A stretch of DNA of 64,000 nucleotides from contig CAVQPQ010000008.1 in NCBI GenBank assembly GCA_963714695.1, positions 106,831 to 170,830 of the forward strand. The letters run 5' to 3'. Made by a program: the position numbers and the translations under genes. The stretch's first letter is position 1; the number at the start of each line of letters is the position of its first letter. The stretch is from an uncultured Verrucomicrobiae bacterium. Its GTDB lineage: Bacteria; Verrucomicrobiota; Verrucomicrobiia; Limisphaerales; UBA11358. The notes under the pieces are model-generated. The model saw nothing but the letters and a program-made list of their open reading frames with translations, made no database searches and was not told where the DNA came from. This document shows positions 60,630 through 64,000 of this stretch, piece by piece.

Positions 60630-60633
60630 AAAA

Positions 60634-60969
60634 TTAGGTTGCCGCTTCCGCCACAAGATTGATTTTTAATTTAACACCCAATGCCTCAGCGACTTTCTCC
60701 AGCGTACCCAGCGTAAGGTTCGTGTCAAACCGCTCGAGGCGGCTGACGTTGGCCTGTCGGGTGCCGATGGCTTTGGCCAGGTCCGCCTGCGTCATGCCGC
60801 GCCGCTCACGCAGCTTGATGATTTTGAGCGCCAGCTCGATGCGCTTATCCTCGGCGTTGTAGGCGGCGCGGAACTCCGGGTTTTGCAGCTTGCGCTTGAG
60901 GCCGGCGTCAATATCCGCGTGCGCCCGGTTATTCGAAGCCGGCGTGCGGCGGCGGTTCACAGTTTTCAT
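60634..60969 (-). CDS. XRE/HigA-like HTH antitoxin
   Basis: GMTQADLAKAIGTRQANVSRLE...TLGTLEKVAEAL. Confidence 0.88.
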   Translation of the reverse strand: MKTVNRRRTPASNNRAHADIDAGLKRKLQNPEFRAAYNAEDKRIELALKIIKLRERRGMTQADLAKAIGTRQANVSRLERFDTNLTLGTLEKVAEALGVKLKINLVAEAAT

Positions 60970-61297
60970 AGTAATCTCGCATTCGTTTCGCCCGATTGAT
61001 TTCAACGGGCGACGTTTTGTCGGTCTTTTTCAAATAGCCATGCGTGAAGATCAGGCGATCACCCCGGCAATAGAAAAAGAACGAACGATGCTCTCCCGCC
61101 CGCAGGGAAAGCCGCAGTTCAAAAATGCCGTCGTCCAGATGTTTTGCATAAGGCGGTCGCCGCAATTCTTCGTGCGCGGCCAGCCGTTTGGCCCAGGCCA
61201 GCACCTTCGCCTGATCCGCCGGCGCCAACTCTTCCAAGCCATCCAGGAACGGGCATCGTCCGTTTTCCAGCCGGACACAGCCAGGCGACAGGTTCAT
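60929..61297 (-). CDS. RelE/HigB (Gp49-like) toxin
   Basis: PYAKHLDDGIFELR, FTHGYLKKTDKT..EINRA; toxin-first order. Confidence 0.85.
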   Translation of the reverse strand: MNLSPGCVRLENGRCPFLDGLEELAPADQAKVLAWAKRLAAHEELRRPPYAKHLDDGIFELRLSLRAGEHRSFFFYCRGDRLIFTHGYLKKTDKTSPVEINRAKRMRDYYENCEPPPHAGFE

Positions 61298-61324
61298 AAT
61301 ATATCGTTTATGATATGCTGTCAA
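61295..61324 (-). promoter_or_regulatory. Toxin-antitoxin promoter with operator palindrome
   Basis: Minus strand TTGACA-N17-TATTAT containing ATATC-N6-GATAT. Confidence 0.55.
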
Positions 61325-61421
61325 ACGCCGGCATTGTGACGCCAAAGCGAGCCGGCTCCAAGGTCTGGAGCGGGTCCGGGACGATGCTGGAGCAGACGAC
61401 AACCTGGTATGCAATACTCAT
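61308..61421 (-). pseudogene. 5' stub duplicate of etfB
   Basis: MSIAYQVVVCSSIVPDPLQTLEP vs MSIAYQIIVCGSIVPDPLQTLEP at 60629. Confidence 0.85.
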
Positions 61422-61489
61422 GCGAGGCGGCATTAAAGCGGAGAAAACGTGAACAGCCAACAGGATTTTAAGCGGCCAAGCAGGGCTGC

Positions 61490-61690
61490 AATAGCTGCGG
61501 AGCAGCGATAGAGAGTAGCCCACGGCGTCAGCCGTGGGTTTGAGGGTGGAAAATTCCGAGCCGCGTAGCGGCGAAAGAAATCCGGTTGAAAAAGCGGGAT
61601 TCTGTCGCCCCTTCCGGGGCTTATGGCTTTTGGGCCAAGTTCCCACGGCTTTCGCCGTAGGCTATTATCTTCCGCCACTCCGTGGCTGGA
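61490..61690. repeat. Composite REP/BIME-like palindromic element
   Basis: AGCCCACGGCGTCAGCCGTGGG and CCCACGGCTTTCGCCGTAGGCT hairpins in inverted arrangement. Confidence 0.75.
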
Positions 61691-61889
61691 TTTCAGGGTT
61701 CATTTCCAAAAGTTGATTTACCGTCGCTACGATTTTTCGCTCGACCGTGCCGGTTGCCCGGATACACTGGTGTCATGCGAACGGGCAGAATCAATTCCCA
61801 CTTGGCCGCGTAACTTCAAAACGCAAAGCCTTCGCCATTCCCCAAACCCCGGCGTCAACGAATCAACCCCAAAAACCAGCGAGGAACCG

Positions 61890-63311
61890 ATGAGCAACGA
61901 AAACCAGAAATGTCCGGTATTGGAAAGAGCCGTTTATGGGTTTGGCGATCTGGCCTCCTGCCTGTTCTGGCAGACCATCACGCTGTATTTACTTTTCTTT
62001 TACACTGACGTGTTCGGTTTGAGCGCCGCCGCCGCCGGAATCATGATCGGGGTTTCCCGGTTGCTGGACGCTTTTTTCAACGTGGTCATCGGCATGACCG
62101 CAGACCGGACCAAAACCCGGTGGGGAAAGTTCCGGCCTTATTTGTTATGGATGGCGGTTCCGCTGGCGGTTTCGGCGGTGCTGGCATTTACCACGCCGGC
62201 TTTTGGCGGCACTGCAAAAATCGTTTACGCCTATGTCACGTTTGTCTTTTTCATGTTCATGTATTCGGCCATCAACATTCCCTACACGGCCATGCTGGGG
62301 GTCATCAGCGGAGATCCGGTCGAACGAACAAGCGCCTCGTCCTTCAAATTCATCGGCGCGTATGTGGGCGGTTTCATCGTGTCTGCCACGGCCCTGCCGC
62401 TGGCCCGGTATTTCGGGCACGACGGCGCCGACCCCCAGAAGGGCTGGCATATGACGCTGGTGATTTATGGCGTGGCGGCGGTCATCCTCTTCTTGATCAC
62501 TTTCGTTTCGACCCACGAACGCATTACCCCGATCGCCAAGGAAAAAACTTCCATCGCCCAGGACTTGGCGGACTTGATCCTAAACGTGCCTTGGCTGTTG
62601 TTGTTTGCGGCAACGATTCTTTTCATCCTGTTTGTCTGCATCCGCCTGAGCGTGACCACGCACTATTTCAAGTATTACATTGGCGAACAGGAGGTCACCC
62701 TCTTTGGCACGACTCACAAATACGGTTTTGAAGTGCTGGCGTCCGCCTTCAACACCATCGGTCAGGCCATGGCCATATTGGGAGTCATCCTGGTCCCGTG
62801 GTTCGCGAAAGTTTGCGGGCGAAAGAATGCGCTGATCGTTCTATTCGTCACCGCCCTGATTTGCACGGGCGCATTTTATTTCTTTAAACCGCAAAACCTG
62901 CTGCTGATTTTTGCCTTTCAAACCATCGGTTCGCTGACAGGTGGCCCCATTTCCGCGCTGTTGTGGGTTCTGTACGCCGACACCGCCGACTATTCCGAAT
63001 GGAAAACCGGACGCCGGGCCACTGGCCTCGTGTTTTCGGCTTCCATCATGTCGAACAAGATTGGCTGGACCGTTGGCAGCGTGATTGCGGGCGTGATTCT
63101 TTCGCAAACCGGATTCGTGGCCAATGTGGAGCAGAACCTGAATGTCCAGAATGGTTTGAAGGCGATGATGAGTGTCATCCCCTTCGCGATCGGATTGGTT
63201 TCCCTGATCGTTCTCCTGTTCTACAAATTGGATGAACCGACCATGAAAAAGATCAAGGCGGATTTGGACGAAAGACGCAAGGCGAGCGAAACCGGCGCTG
63301 CCGCTGCGTAA
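61890..63311 (+). CDS. GPH-family glycoside:cation symporter (MFS_2)
   Basis: YGFGDLAS, DRTKTRWGKFRPYLLW, NIPYTAM, ADTADYSEWKTGRR. Confidence 0.92.
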   Translation: MSNENQKCPVLERAVYGFGDLASCLFWQTITLYLLFFYTDVFGLSAAAAGIMIGVSRLLDAFFNVVIGMTADRTKTRWGKFRPYLLWMAVPLAVSAVLAFTTPAFGGTAKIVYAYVTFVFFMFMYSAINIPYTAMLGVISGDPVERTSASSFKFIGAYVGGFIVSATALPLARYFGHDGADPQKGWHMTLVIYGVAAVILFLITFVSTHERITPIAKEKTSIAQDLADLILNVPWLLLFAATILFILFVCIRLSVTTHYFKYYIGEQEVTLFGTTHKYGFEVLASAFNTIGQAMAILGVILVPWFAKVCGRKNALIVLFVTALICTGAFYFFKPQNLLLIFAFQTIGSLTGGPISALLWVLYADTADYSEWKTGRRATGLVFSASIMSNKIGWTVGSVIAGVILSQTGFVANVEQNLNVQNGLKAMMSVIPFAIGLVSLIVLLFYKLDEPTMKKIKADLDERRKASETGAAAA

Positions 63312-63654
63312 CCAATGCAATTTAAAGCCAAGACCGAAACGATCACTGCGCGTCCAAACCGCCTCCAAACCGCCTCCAAAGGAGCATGATATTTGGTTGC
63401 GTTCTAATTTGCAGGCGACGAGGTGACGAGTCGTTTGGGCCAGCACTCCTTACGTCGTGCCCTACAACCGAATCAGGACACTACCCGGCATTTATGCCGC
63501 TTCACTTTGGCAATCTTGGAGTTTTCTCCCTCTTCTCCCCGCTCAGGCGGGGCGAGGGAGTCGGATCGGAGTGTAATTATGTTCTCCTCGACGTTCCGGG
63601 CGTGCTCCCATAAAATAATTCCGTTTTCCATTTAACAACTGAAAAGACGAAGCG

Positions 63655-64000
63655 ATGAAAAAGACCATTATCGGCGAATCACTGCCCAACATCCCGTGGG
63701 AAGACAAACCCGCAGATTGCGGCGATGTGCTGTGGCGATACAGCGGCAATCCCATCCTGAGTTGGAACCCGATTCCCAAGGCGGCGCGCATTTACAACAG
63801 CGCGGTCCTGCCGCATAAAAATGAATTTGTCGGCGTCTTCCGGGCCGACCAGAAGAACGGGCGGGCGACGCTGTTTTTCGGCAAAAGCAAGGACGCCCTC
63901 CAATGGAAAATCGGACCCGACCCGATCGAATGGGTTGACGAAAAGGGGAAACCCAATCCGATCAGCTACGGTTACGACCCGAGATTCGTCCGGATGGACG
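63655..64000 (+). CDS. GH130 beta-mannoside phosphorylase (runs off the window)
   Basis: Translated by hand: LPNIPWEDKP..LWRYSGNPI..IYNSAV..GVFRAD..YGYDPR. Confidence 0.88.
   Translation, partial: MKKTIIGESLPNIPWEDKPADCGDVLWRYSGNPILSWNPIPKAARIYNSAVLPHKNEFVGVFRADQKNGRATLFFGKSKDALQWKIGPDPIEWVDEKGKPNPISYGYDPRFVRMD

Noticed and set aside
61623-61889. N-terminal extension of the GPH symporter
   Set aside because: It begins within a REP element; GAGGA precedes ATG 61890 and family similarity starts there.
63355-63380. 11-bp tandem repeat CCAAACCGCCT
   Set aside because: Only about 2.5 copies; no functional inference is possible.

Overview
This looks like a GC-rich bacterial chromosome segment. 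Gene families, REP and heptamer repeat types, and a microcompartment-type aldolase point to a PVC bacterium, probably a Pedosphaera-like verrucomicrobium (inference). Housekeeping and metabolic genes include rpiB, glgP, ubiE/menG, tRNA-Gly(GCC), murJ, uppP, rtcB, ilvN, a glycogen debranching enzyme, etfAB, a GPH symporter and a GH130 gene. The window also has a partly broken rhamnose/fucose catabolic cluster, three TMTC-like GT-C/TPR membrane proteins, an orphan PilB-type ATPase, one intact IS3 element and many mobile-element scars. Five observations stand out. (1) A six-gene divergent MglA/MglB small-GTPase locus carries up to four roadblock-like domains, a REC-DUF4388 protein and a Pro-rich scaffold split at a C11 tract. 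(2) In three places a cargo gene sits between a duplicated 5' stub of a resident gene (murJ, FmdB-like, etfB) and the intact gene. (3) An aldolase has its predicted microcompartment encapsulation peptide in frame behind a single TAA. (4) REP palindromes and heptamer arrays are inserted in frame inside enzyme genes. (5) Two ExbD/MotB-like coiled-coil proteins sit at the left edge. All family calls come from motif recognition by eye; no database search was run.
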